Assembly: GCA_963652495.1 (NCBI GenBank)
Contig: CAVJTU010000005.1
Location: forward strand, 1,982-65,981
Source of the DNA: an uncultured Oscillospiraceae bacterium
Lineage (GTDB): Bacteria; Bacillota; Clostridia; Lachnospirales; Lachnospiraceae
Direction of reading: 5' to 3'
DNA: 64,000 nt
Positions 9,648 to 19,322 of the stretch are shown here, piece after piece. The notes beneath the pieces are model-generated. The model was not told the origin of the DNA. It did no database searches and saw only the letters and a list, made by a program, of their open reading frames with translations. The number at the start of each line of letters is the position of its first letter. Positions within the stretch are counted from its first letter, which is position 1. Both the position numbers and the translations under genes were made by a program.

Positions 9648-10514
9648 ATGGAAGCCATCAAAGAATTTTATGAAAATTATATACGCTGGTCGGCGGCTTC
9701 CATGACATGGAGTGATGTTCTGGAGATCGCAATTTTTGCGTATCTGATTTACCATATTATCTTATGGATCAAACAAAGCAAAGCATGGATTCTGTTAAAG
9801 GGTGCGGCGGCGATTTTTGCTATGTATATTCTGGCAGTCGTGCTGCAGTTGAACGATATTGTGATGGTATTTAATCGGATTGCCCCATATGTGGCGACGG
9901 CACTTCTGGTGATCTTTCAGCCGGAGATTCGACGGGCACTCGAACAGTTGGGTACAAATCACTTATTTGAATTGATCTCTATTTCGGGAACGAAGGACAA
10001 GGTTTTTGAAAATGAGGATGATACGATTGATGCGATTGTACGGGCGTCGTTTAGTATGGGACGTGCGAAAACCGGTGCATTGATCGTTATCGAACGGAAA
10101 TTTGTGCTGAACGAGTATATTGCGACTGGAATTTTATTGGATGCGCTTGTCAGTGCACCGCTTTTGGTGCAGATCTTTGAACATAATCTTCCGCTTCACG
10201 ATGGTGCAGTTGTGATTCGTGGAAATCGCATCGCGGCGGCCACCTGTTACCTGCCATTGTCGGAGAACAAGACGATCAGCAAGGAACTTGGAACAAGACA
10301 CCGCGCCGGGTTAGGCATCAGTGAAGTGACGGATGCGCTGACAGTGATCGTATCGGAGGAGACCGGTCAGGTTTCTCTGACAAAGGATGGCCGGCTGTAT
10401 CAAGACCTCGACAGTGACCGGCTTCGGGAATTGCTTGGCGGAGAGAAAAAAGAAGAACAATCAGCAACGTTGTGGGACAAGTTGAAGAAAGGAAGGAAGC
10501 GGCATGAAAAATAA
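9648..10514 (+). CDS. cdaA: Diadenylate cyclase CdaA
   Basis: Three N-terminal TMs, FQPEIRRALE, PLHDGA and GTRHRA catalytic motifs. Confidence 0.95.
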   Translation: MEAIKEFYENYIRWSAASMTWSDVLEIAIFAYLIYHIILWIKQSKAWILLKGAAAIFAMYILAVVLQLNDIVMVFNRIAPYVATALLVIFQPEIRRALEQLGTNHLFELISISGTKDKVFENEDDTIDAIVRASFSMGRAKTGALIVIERKFVLNEYIATGILLDALVSAPLLVQIFEHNLPLHDGAVVIRGNRIAAATCYLPLSENKTISKELGTRHRAGLGISEVTDALTVIVSEETGQVSLTKDGRLYQDLDSDRLRELLGGEKKEEQSATLWDKLKKGRKRHEK

Positions 10515-11901
10515 AAGTCAGAAATACTTTCTTACGAATATCCCGCTTCGACTCCTCGGTATTGTCCTGGCAATCCTTCTGTGGTTAGTATTAAGCAATA
10601 CGCAGGATCCGGTTATCACTAGCAGTGTAACCGTCCCGATCACATATGATGAGAGCGGACTGGCAGATAAAAATATGGTGGCGATTACAAAGCCCGCTTC
10701 GATTACAATTCCGGTGAAGCTGCATCGCAGTCGTCTGCGTTATCTTTCTTCTGATGACTTCACTGTGACTGCGGATCTGACAGAGGTAATTGGTGACATC
10801 AAAGAAGCACCTGATACGAGCAAGGTCAGTATTGAGATCACTAAAACATCATCTGCCAACTATATTCAGAGCTGGGAGTATCCGCAATCACAAGGGTATA
10901 TCAGAGTGGTGCTCGATACCTTAAAATCTGCCACTTATTTGGTTCAGTTTAATATTACAAAGGAACTGCCGGAGGGGTATCAGGTTGGAACACTGTCAAG
11001 CGATCCGTCGCGTGTTACTGTAAGCGGACCGACAAGTGCATTTTCTAATTTGGCATCGGTGAAAGCAAATGTGGATTTGAGTACAATTACCGACAGCAGC
11101 AGCGTCACTGCATCGCTTGCGCTGTACGATGGCAACAATCGTGTTCTTACAGGAAGCGGCCTTACGATCAGTCAGGAAAGTGTGGAAGTGACTGTCGGGT
11201 TAAACCAGACAAAAGAGATCAGCATCAGCATTGCGGGAAGCAGTGGGACACCGGCAGATGGATATGTGGTTAGCAAAGTGGATTACACGCCGAAGCTTTT
11301 GACAATATCCGGTTCAAAAACAGCTCTTGCTAATATTTCAACGATCAGTATTCCAAGTGAGGAACTGGATATCACGGGAGCTAGTGAGAATCAGACGTTT
11401 GAAATCGCGATTGATCCGTATCTTCCGGAGGGTATCACAGTATCGGAAGGACAAAGCGGTACGATTTTTGTAACGATTGAGTTGGAACAGCTTCAGACCA
11501 AAAGCTTTCAGGTCGATGTTGAGCAGTTTCAGTTAATCAACACAAAGGATGAGTACGAATATGAGATAATTGATCCTACACTGACGGTAACGCTGCAGGC
11601 TTTGCAAGCTGATCTGGACATTTTAGATCCGGAGACACTTCAGGGAACAATTGATGTTGGAGGACTTGGCGCAGGTGAGTATATTAATGTGCCGGTTACG
11701 CTTGCACTGGACAGTGCATACACATTGACGGAGGAACTGATCGCATCCGTGCGCATCATTGATAAAGCAGCAACCGTGGAATCATCGGAGAGTATGGATG
11801 AAGAATCAGACAGTACGAGTATCGAGAAGTCGACGGATGAAACGACGCAGGAAAGTACTGGTGAACAGGAGCATTCTTCGATGCAGGAGGAGAACTCGTA
11901 A
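10504..11901 (+). CDS. cdaR: CdaR / YbbR-repeat regulator
   Basis: N-terminal TM plus repeated P..VTVSG YbbR-like units; overlaps cdaA. Confidence 0.88.
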   Translation: MKNKSQKYFLTNIPLRLLGIVLAILLWLVLSNTQDPVITSSVTVPITYDESGLADKNMVAITKPASITIPVKLHRSRLRYLSSDDFTVTADLTEVIGDIKEAPDTSKVSIEITKTSSANYIQSWEYPQSQGYIRVVLDTLKSATYLVQFNITKELPEGYQVGTLSSDPSRVTVSGPTSAFSNLASVKANVDLSTITDSSSVTASLALYDGNNRVLTGSGLTISQESVEVTVGLNQTKEISISIAGSSGTPADGYVVSKVDYTPKLLTISGSKTALANISTISIPSEELDITGASENQTFEIAIDPYLPEGITVSEGQSGTIFVTIELEQLQTKSFQVDVEQFQLINTKDEYEYEIIDPTLTVTLQALQADLDILDPETLQGTIDVGGLGAGEYINVPVTLALDSAYTLTEELIASVRIIDKAATVESSESMDEESDSTSIEKSTDETTQESTGEQEHSSMQEENS

Positions 11902-11985
11902 AAGTACTGCGCAACAAGCGTGCAAGTATGTACAGAGGGACAGTATTATCTGTTCTATGTTACAATGAAAGGAAGAGGAAGAAGT

Positions 11986-12249
11986 ATGGTAAGTCAGAAG
12001 ATCACAGTAAAAAACATGACAGGATTTCATTTGAGACCAGCAGGGATCTTATGCAAGATCGCAATGAACTACAAATCAAAGGTTCAGTTTCAGTTTAACA
12101 GCGTTACTGCAAACGCAAAAAGCGTGCTCAGCGTACTTGGTGCAGGTGTGAAAAACGGGGATGAGATTGAAGTTGTCTGCGATGGTGTTGATGAGGAAGA
12201 GGCATTAAAGGCCGTGATAGCGGGAATTGAAAATGGTCTTGGCGAATAA
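11986..12249 (+). CDS. ptsH: HPr phosphocarrier protein
   Basis: GFHLRPA (His15) and NAKSVLSVL (Ser46). Confidence 0.9.
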   Translation: MVSQKITVKNMTGFHLRPAGILCKIAMNYKSKVQFQFNSVTANAKSVLSVLGAGVKNGDEIEVVCDGVDEEEALKAVIAGIENGLGE

Positions 12250-12250
12250 C

Positions 12251-13636
12251 ATGGGGGGCAGAGGCAGTAAGGTGCTTCTGCCTTATGCCGTGTATGGCAC
12301 TTTTGTCATAATATCGGCAGTATGTGAAAAAAACGGCAGCTTTGTGGCAGCAGGATGTGTGCTTATTGCGGCAGCTGTGGCGATGAGCAGTTATTTTTAT
12401 TACCTGGATCAAAGCCTTGTATCGTTTCGATTTTTAGTATCCTTTTTTTGGACGGCTGGGGAGGGGCTGGCTGTTATGCAGCTAAGTCGTTTGCAATCCT
12501 CATGGCTTCTTCAGACATGGCTTTCCTTCAGCGGCTTTTATTTATTCTTTTTGGCAGGCTATGAGATCATGGAGTACAGGCACCAAAAATATATACCTGA
12601 TTACAGCAATGAAATATCCTCAAAATATGAACAACAGGCTGTTCTCAATCCGGGGCAGGAAGCAAGCTTTCAGAAAAGACTCTTTACCTGTATTCGTATT
12701 GTTGCGCTGGTCACATTTGCAACTTTCATTGCGGAGGCATGTATCCTTGGCTATATTCCTCTTTTTTCGAGTGAGACACATGCGTATGACCATTTTCATA
12801 TCACTGGTGTGCATTATTTTACTGTCAGCTGCATGTTTACGCACTCATTGACACTGATCTATCTGTTAAAGTACCGCCAGAAGGGAACACCGCTTGGAAG
12901 AAGCAAAACGATTCAGCTGATTGTATACAATATATTGTCAGCATCCATCCCAATCTTAAGTGTCTCAAAGTTTCAGTTCATTCTGACACTGGCACTTCCG
13001 ATGCTTATCTTTCTTCTGATGCGTCCAAATGTCAGCAAAAAGAAACTTTTTGCTGCCTTCGTTGCGATTGCAGTGGTTGTCATTGCAGCAGCAGTCTTTA
13101 TGACCGTCAGACGAAACTACAAACCAGGATACTTAAACAGCATTTTTCAGATGAAAAATGAGAATATGCCGATCTTTGTGCAATATGTGTATATGTATAT
13201 TGCAAACAACTATTCCAATTTTAATTGCCTGACGCAGGCGCTTGCACAGGGAACGCTTGCACATTCCTACGGTTTAAAACAGTTGTTTCCGGTGTTTGCA
13301 CTCACAGGCATGAAATTTATCTTCCCGTCACTCGTTGCATTTGAGATGCCGGTTACGATCACGGAACTCAATACACTAACGTTAATTTATGATGCGTACT
13401 ATGATTTTGGATTGGTTGGTGTTCTTTTGTTTGGTTTTATTCTCGGAGCAGTCTGTGCGGTTCTTGTCCGGAAAGTAAAACAGAGCAGCAATCCAATTCT
13501 ATATCTGTTTTATGCACAGATTGCACTGTATCTGGTGCTGTCGTTCTTCTCAGCATGGTTCACTGTGCCGACAACGTGGTTTTGGTTTGCATTGACGGGA
13601 GTGCTGTACTGGTATATGAATCGAGCTGTCGTGTAA
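12251..13636 (+). CDS. Wzy-like oligosaccharide repeat-unit polymerase
   Basis: About 11 TMs with a large loop; YDAYYDFGLVG motif; start uncertain. Confidence 0.75.
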   Translation: MGGRGSKVLLPYAVYGTFVIISAVCEKNGSFVAAGCVLIAAAVAMSSYFYYLDQSLVSFRFLVSFFWTAGEGLAVMQLSRLQSSWLLQTWLSFSGFYLFFLAGYEIMEYRHQKYIPDYSNEISSKYEQQAVLNPGQEASFQKRLFTCIRIVALVTFATFIAEACILGYIPLFSSETHAYDHFHITGVHYFTVSCMFTHSLTLIYLLKYRQKGTPLGRSKTIQLIVYNILSASIPILSVSKFQFILTLALPMLIFLLMRPNVSKKKLFAAFVAIAVVVIAAAVFMTVRRNYKPGYLNSIFQMKNENMPIFVQYVYMYIANNYSNFNCLTQALAQGTLAHSYGLKQLFPVFALTGMKFIFPSLVAFEMPVTITELNTLTLIYDAYYDFGLVGVLLFGFILGAVCAVLVRKVKQSSNPILYLFYAQIALYLVLSFFSAWFTVPTTWFWFALTGVLYWYMNRAVV

Positions 13637-13718
13637 CTATTTACAAAAAAGCTATATTGTGGTATGCTAAACAAGATTGCCGATAAAAAGTCGTATATCG
13701 GCGGAAATGTGGGTAGAT

Positions 13719-14639
13719 ATGCAAGAAATGAAAACAGTAGATGTAATCATCCCGGTCAATTACCCGGATGAGAAATTTCAAAAGATTTTAGACCGGCTGG
13801 AAAAACAAACCCATCCGGTAGAGCGTATTATTGTGATCAATACTGACGAGGCGGGATTTCCAAAGGATCTTCGCCGTCCGTCCAACATGGAGGTGTATCA
13901 TATTGCACCGGAAGAATTTGATCATGGCGCAACAAGAGATCTGGCAGCGAGAAAATCGACGGCTGATCTGATGCTGTTTATGACGCAGGATGCCGTACCG
14001 GCAGATATGCATCTGGTGGAATACCTGGTGAAGTCATTTGATGATCCGCTTGTTGCTGCGGCATATGCCAGACAGCTTGCAAGAAAGACGGATTCGACGA
14101 TTGAACGTTTAACGAGAAATTTTAATTATCCGGCGCAAGGTGGGATAAAGAGGCAGGCGGATCTTCCGACGCTTGGTATTAAGACGTATTTTTGTTCAAA
14201 TTCCTGTGCGATGTATCGCACTAGCATTTATAAGGAGTTAGGCGGATTTTTGCCGGAAGCGATTTTCAATGAGGATATGGTCTTTGCGTCTACGGCCATC
14301 AATGCAGGTTATTGCATAGCTTATGTGGCAGAGGCGAGAGTGATTCATTCTCACAACTATACAGGTCTTCAGCAGTTCCATCGTAACTTTGATAACGGAG
14401 TTTCACATGCGGACAACGAAGAAATCTTTCGGGATGTGGAAACAGTTGGAGAGGGCAAGCGTCTGGTGCATGACACGGTACGCTATTTGATTCGCCATCA
14501 TGAATATGGTCAGGTGCTCCGTCTGGTATATCTGTCTGGCTGCAAGGCGATTGGTTTTAAGTTGGGAGAAAAATATTATAAATTGCCCAAAAAACTGGTG
14601 CTGTGGTGCACGATGAATAAAAAATACTGGCAGGAATAA
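13719..14639 (+). CDS. GT2 glycosyltransferase, likely rhamnosyltransferase
   Basis: FDHGATR, FMTQDA, YARQ, FNED, HSHNY motifs. Confidence 0.88.
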   Translation: MQEMKTVDVIIPVNYPDEKFQKILDRLEKQTHPVERIIVINTDEAGFPKDLRRPSNMEVYHIAPEEFDHGATRDLAARKSTADLMLFMTQDAVPADMHLVEYLVKSFDDPLVAAAYARQLARKTDSTIERLTRNFNYPAQGGIKRQADLPTLGIKTYFCSNSCAMYRTSIYKELGGFLPEAIFNEDMVFASTAINAGYCIAYVAEARVIHSHNYTGLQQFHRNFDNGVSHADNEEIFRDVETVGEGKRLVHDTVRYLIRHHEYGQVLRLVYLSGCKAIGFKLGEKYYKLPKKLVLWCTMNKKYWQE

Positions 14640-14700
14640 AACGTTTGTCGATGCAAAACAGTGTAGAACAACCTAAAGATGAAAACAGGAGGAAAGAGAA

Positions 14701-15258
14701 ATGGGAAAGATTAAAGTTACAGGCTGCGATATTGAGGGATTGTATGTAATCGAACCTACTGTGTTTAAGGATGAGAGAGGATATTTTGTAGAGACGTATA
14801 ATTATAATGATTTTGCCGAGGCGGGTCTGGATATGAAATTTGTTCAGGACAATCAGTCCATGTCCGTAAAGGGTGTACTGCGTGGTCTTCATTTTCAGAA
14901 ACAGTATCCGCAGGGCAAGCTTGTTCGTGCTATTCGGGGCGGTGTATTTGACGTTGCAGTTGATCTTCGTGCAAATTCAAAAACATACGGAAAGTGGTTT
15001 GGTGTTGAACTGACTGCCGAGAACAAGAAGATGTTCTACATCCCGGAAGGTTTCGCACATGGCTTTGTTGTACTGACCGATGAGGCTGAATTTGCTTATA
15101 AGTGTACCGATTTCTATCATCCGGGTGATGAGGGCGGTGTACTTTGGAGTGATCCAGAGATTGGAATTGACTGGCCGATTCCAGAGGGAGCTGAGCCGAT
15201 TCTTTCAGAAAAAGACAAAAAGTGGTTAGGATTAAAGGATACCTTCCATTTTGAATAA
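14701..15258 (+). CDS. rfbC: dTDP-4-dehydrorhamnose 3,5-epimerase
   Basis: DERGYF, VQDNQS, RGLHFQ, DVAVDLR, GFAHGF. Confidence 0.97.
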   Translation: MGKIKVTGCDIEGLYVIEPTVFKDERGYFVETYNYNDFAEAGLDMKFVQDNQSMSVKGVLRGLHFQKQYPQGKLVRAIRGGVFDVAVDLRANSKTYGKWFGVELTAENKKMFYIPEGFAHGFVVLTDEAEFAYKCTDFYHPGDEGGVLWSDPEIGIDWPIPEGAEPILSEKDKKWLGLKDTFHFE

Positions 15259-15286
15259 AAAGGTGATAGCAGGATAAAGAACGAAT

Positions 15287-16315
15287 ATGAATAAGAAAAA
15301 ATATGATTTACAAAAAGTCAGTATTGTGACAATTGTGGCTGTATTCCTTTTGTTCTGGCTGGTAGATATGATTGCCTGGCCGCAGATTGGATCGAGCCGA
15401 TCAAACATCATCGTGGCAGCTGTATTTGAAGCGGCAGTTTTACTTGCACTTGCACTCTACGGTGTACGCATGGTCAGTCGGGAAAAGAAAGGATTGGAAA
15501 CAGCAGGAGGTTCTTTTGTTCAGACAATCGCTAAATATGAATTTCTGATGGAACAGCTGATCTCAAGAGATTTTAAAATCAAGTACAAGCGTTCCGTACT
15601 CGGTGTGTTCTGGAGCTTTTTAAATCCGTTGTTGATGATGCTTGTTCAGTATACAGTATTTAATACTTTGCTTGGTGCGCGCGGTGCAGGTGTGGATCAT
15701 TATGCGATCTATCTGCTGTGTGGTATTGTCATGTTCAACGGTTTTACAGACTGCTGCAATCAGGCTATGCGTGCGATCACCAGCAATGCATCACTGATTA
15801 CAAAGGTATATGTGCCAAAGTACATTTACCCGGTTACAAAGGTGCTTTCTGCAAGCATTAATATGGTGTTGTCGATGGTTCCGCTTCTGTTGGTTACTGT
15901 TTGCTATGGTCTGTTTAATGGTCTGTATCTGCACTGGTCTGTTCTGCTGCTTCCGTTGGCGCTGATCTTTGTGATCTCCTTTGCAGTCGGCATGGGATTC
16001 TTACTCTCAAGTCTTATGGTATTTTTTCATGATATTGAGTTTTTATGGGGCGTTATCTCCACGATGTGGATGTATGCGACACCAATCATTTATAGTACCA
16101 GTATGCTGGAGAACAGTGGCGCGGAGTGGCTGGCGAAACTGATGCAGTTTAATCCGATGTATCATTATGTAACATTTTTGCGTACGATCATTATCGACGG
16201 ATGTTCCCCGGCGATCAGCGAATATTTCATTTGTGCGCTTTGCTCACTTGTCATGATTCTGATCGGCGGAACTGTGTTTAAGAAGACACAGGATCAGTTT
16301 GTATTGTATATCTAA
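15287..16315 (+). CDS. Wzm-type polysaccharide ABC permease with N-terminal extension
   Basis: RDFKIKYKRSVLGVFWSFLNPL; YATPIIY; FNPM. Confidence 0.92.
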   Translation: MNKKKYDLQKVSIVTIVAVFLLFWLVDMIAWPQIGSSRSNIIVAAVFEAAVLLALALYGVRMVSREKKGLETAGGSFVQTIAKYEFLMEQLISRDFKIKYKRSVLGVFWSFLNPLLMMLVQYTVFNTLLGARGAGVDHYAIYLLCGIVMFNGFTDCCNQAMRAITSNASLITKVYVPKYIYPVTKVLSASINMVLSMVPLLLVTVCYGLFNGLYLHWSVLLLPLALIFVISFAVGMGFLLSSLMVFFHDIEFLWGVISTMWMYATPIIYSTSMLENSGAEWLAKLMQFNPMYHYVTFLRTIIIDGCSPAISEYFICALCSLVMILIGGTVFKKTQDQFVLYI

Positions 16316-16380
16316 GCATACGAAAAACGCATTCAACGGTATTGAAAATGTTGCAGGTTATGGAAAGGCATAGTTAAAAA

Positions 16381-17118
16381 ATGGCAGATGAGAACAACAC
16401 GATAATCCGCGTCGAAAATGTGTCTATGCGTTTTCGCATGGCAAATGACCGGGTTACAAGTATCAAAGAGATGGTGACAAAGATGCTGAAGCGCCAGGTA
16501 GAGTACAAAGACTTCTGGGCGCTTAAGGACGTGTCATTTGATGTAAAACGAGGTGAGGTTATCGGCCTGATTGGCCGTAACGGAGCTGGAAAAAGTACAA
16601 TTTTAAAGATTATATCCGGTATTTTAAAGCCGACCATGGGCAGTGTGTACCGTGGCGGCGGTATCGTGCCAATGCTGGAGTTAGGCTCCGGTTTTGACTA
16701 TGATTTGACCGGAAGAGAGAATATTTATTTAAATGGCGCGGTTCTTGGATATTCAAAAGAATTTCTGGAATCACGCTACAATGATATACTGGAGTTTTCG
16801 GAGTTGGGTGAGTTTATCAATACCCCCATCCGAAATTATTCCTCTGGTATGCTGATGCGTCTGGCTTTCTCTATAGCGACGGTAGTGAATCCTGAGATTC
16901 TGATTGTTGATGAGATTCTTTCTGTTGGAGATGAAAATTTTCAGAGAAAGAGCCATGCGCGCATGATGGAATTGATGGCGGGAGGAACTACAGTGTTGTA
17001 TGTATCCCATAATCTTGAACAGATCCGACAGATGTGCAACCGTGTTGTATGGTTGGAAGATCATACGGTCAAGATGGTTGGAGATGTCAAGGAAGTATGT
17101 GACGCATACAAGCTGTAA
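16381..17118 (+). CDS. Wzt-type polysaccharide ABC ATPase (no C-terminal CBM)
   Basis: GRNGAGKST, YSSGM, LIVDE; 245 aa. Confidence 0.95.
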   Translation: MADENNTIIRVENVSMRFRMANDRVTSIKEMVTKMLKRQVEYKDFWALKDVSFDVKRGEVIGLIGRNGAGKSTILKIISGILKPTMGSVYRGGGIVPMLELGSGFDYDLTGRENIYLNGAVLGYSKEFLESRYNDILEFSELGEFINTPIRNYSSGMLMRLAFSIATVVNPEILIVDEILSVGDENFQRKSHARMMELMAGGTTVLYVSHNLEQIRQMCNRVVWLEDHTVKMVGDVKEVCDAYKL

Positions 17119-17153
17119 AACAGATGTCAAAGCTTGGGGCGGAAAGGATTCGT

Positions 17154-19289
17154 ATGAAAAGTTCGTTTGACTCAGTGGTATATCTTAATGGGAAGGTGGC
17201 TTGTGCCGGATGGGCGGCACCTGAAACGGCAGGAGATGAGCTCTGCCTGGTGGTAAAAAAAGAGGATGGAACCATTCTTGAGGCATCAGTAACAAGAAAC
17301 AGACGCGCCGATGTAGGTGAGGTCATTTATGGTGATGCTTCGTTTGAACAGTATGGAATTGCATTTTCGTTTGAGCCGGGTGAGATGACCAACTGCTATG
17401 CCGTATTTATGAGCAAGGAGCATCCGGAGGACAGATTGGAAGTCTTAGTGGACTGTCCGGGCTTGCTTGCCGCATATCGTTACCAGCATGGTATCAAGGG
17501 ACGCATCCGCAGGCTTCAGCACGCGAAAAGTATCAGGGAATTTTGCCTTGAGGAAAAATATTTAGACTGCGAGCCGGATGAGAAGCGTTATGCGATTTGG
17601 TACGAAGAAAATTGTCCGGGTGTGGTTGAGCGCATGAAGGAAAAGATCACTCACTTTGCACTTCATCCTAAATTTTCAATCATCGTTCCACTGTACCATA
17701 CGCCGACAAACTTTCTTGTGGATATGGTGAACAGTGTGAAGAAGCAGACCTATGAGAACTGGGAACTGTGTCTGGCAAATGGAAGCCCGGAGGATGAGAA
17801 ACTTGATGCGCAGGTAAAGAGTCTGATGAATGGAGAGCCACGTATCAAGTATGTGAAGCTAAAGGAAAACTTAGGCATTGCCGGTAATACAAATGAAGCG
17901 TTGGCACTGGCAACAGGTAGCTACACGGCACTGTTGGATCATGATGATTTTCTGGCACCGAATGCCCTCTTTGAGTTTGTCAAGGCAATCAATGAGCATG
18001 GAGATGCCGACTGTCTATACAGCGATGAGGACAAGGTTGATCAGGATGGAAAGTTCCATTATTTCCCTCATTTTAAGTCGGATTACAACCCAGACCTTCT
18101 TCATACAAATAATTATATTTGTCACTTCTTTGCAGTGAAGACTTCGATCATCAAGAGGGTTGGTGGCTTCCGTCCGAATTTTGATGGTGCGCAGGATTTT
18201 GACTTGGTGCTGCGCTGCGTCGATGAGAGCAAAATAATTGTCCATGTGCCAAAGATTCTCTACAGTTGGCGCTGTCACAAGGATTCCACATCGGCGAATA
18301 CCGACAGTAAGGGCTATGCATTTGAGGCAGGAAAGCGTGCATTGCAGGAGTATTATGACCGTCATGGCATTGAGGCAGTAGTGGAAAGCACATCGCTTCC
18401 GGGCTATTACAAGACGATATATCAGTATCGGGAGCGTCCGCTTGTGACAATTATCATTCCGAACAAGGATCACATTGAAGATCTCGATCGCTGTGTGAAA
18501 TCTCTTCTTGAAAAACAGGTTTATACAAATTTTGAGATTTTGATTGTGGAAAATAATAGTGAAGAGGTGGAAACGTTTGGCTACTATGAGACAATCAAAA
18601 AGCTTGATCCGCGTATCCGCGTGGAAGTCTGGAAGGCAAATGATGATGGACGCCACTCAAAGAAAACAGGCTTTAATTATGCAGCCATTCAAAACTTTGC
18701 AGCAGCGAGAGCAAATGGTGAGTTCCTGCTCCTGTTAAATAACGATACAGAAGTGATTGATCCTGATTTTTTGATCAGTATGGTCGGTTATGGAAGACGA
18801 AAAGAAGTCGGTGCTGTGGGAGCCAAGCTTCTGTATGAGAACGATACGGTTCAGCATGCGGGCGTAATCGTCGGCGTAGAGGGCGTGGCATTCCATCAAT
18901 TTCTGGAGTATCCACAGCACGATCCGGGTTATATGGGACGAGCTTCCTTCTCACAGGATGTCTCAGCCGTGACCGGTGCATGTCTGTTAATCCAAAAAGC
19001 AGTCTACGAGGAAGTGGGCGGCATGGATGAACATCTGGCTGTTTCTTACAACGATGTGGATTTGTGTCTGAAGCTTCGCGAGAAAGGATATCTTGTCGTG
19101 TATGATGCATTCGCGCATCTGCATCACTATGAGTCGCGCTCAAGAGGTTATGAGGATTCACCTGAGAAGCAGGCAAGGCTTGCAAGAGAAGCCGAATATA
19201 TGAAAAATAAGTGGAAGCATGTGATGGGGTCTGACCCATATTACAATAAAAATCTTTCACTGAAAAACGGTTATTACAAGCTGCCATAA
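17154..19289 (+). CDS. Dual-domain GT2 glycosyltransferase
   Basis: Two GT2 modules (FSIIVPLY..LDHDD; VTIIIPNKDH..LLNND..YNDVD). Confidence 0.92.
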   Translation: MKSSFDSVVYLNGKVACAGWAAPETAGDELCLVVKKEDGTILEASVTRNRRADVGEVIYGDASFEQYGIAFSFEPGEMTNCYAVFMSKEHPEDRLEVLVDCPGLLAAYRYQHGIKGRIRRLQHAKSIREFCLEEKYLDCEPDEKRYAIWYEENCPGVVERMKEKITHFALHPKFSIIVPLYHTPTNFLVDMVNSVKKQTYENWELCLANGSPEDEKLDAQVKSLMNGEPRIKYVKLKENLGIAGNTNEALALATGSYTALLDHDDFLAPNALFEFVKAINEHGDADCLYSDEDKVDQDGKFHYFPHFKSDYNPDLLHTNNYICHFFAVKTSIIKRVGGFRPNFDGAQDFDLVLRCVDESKIIVHVPKILYSWRCHKDSTSANTDSKGYAFEAGKRALQEYYDRHGIEAVVESTSLPGYYKTIYQYRERPLVTIIIPNKDHIEDLDRCVKSLLEKQVYTNFEILIVENNSEEVETFGYYETIKKLDPRIRVEVWKANDDGRHSKKTGFNYAAIQNFAAARANGEFLLLLNNDTEVIDPDFLISMVGYGRRKEVGAVGAKLLYENDTVQHAGVIVGVEGVAFHQFLEYPQHDPGYMGRASFSQDVSAVTGACLLIQKAVYEEVGGMDEHLAVSYNDVDLCLKLREKGYLVVYDAFAHLHHYESRSRGYEDSPEKQARLAREAEYMKNKWKHVMGSDPYYNKNLSLKNGYYKLP

Positions 19290-19322
19290 GGCAGAATGGT
19301 ACGAAAAGCGAAAGGAAAAGCA

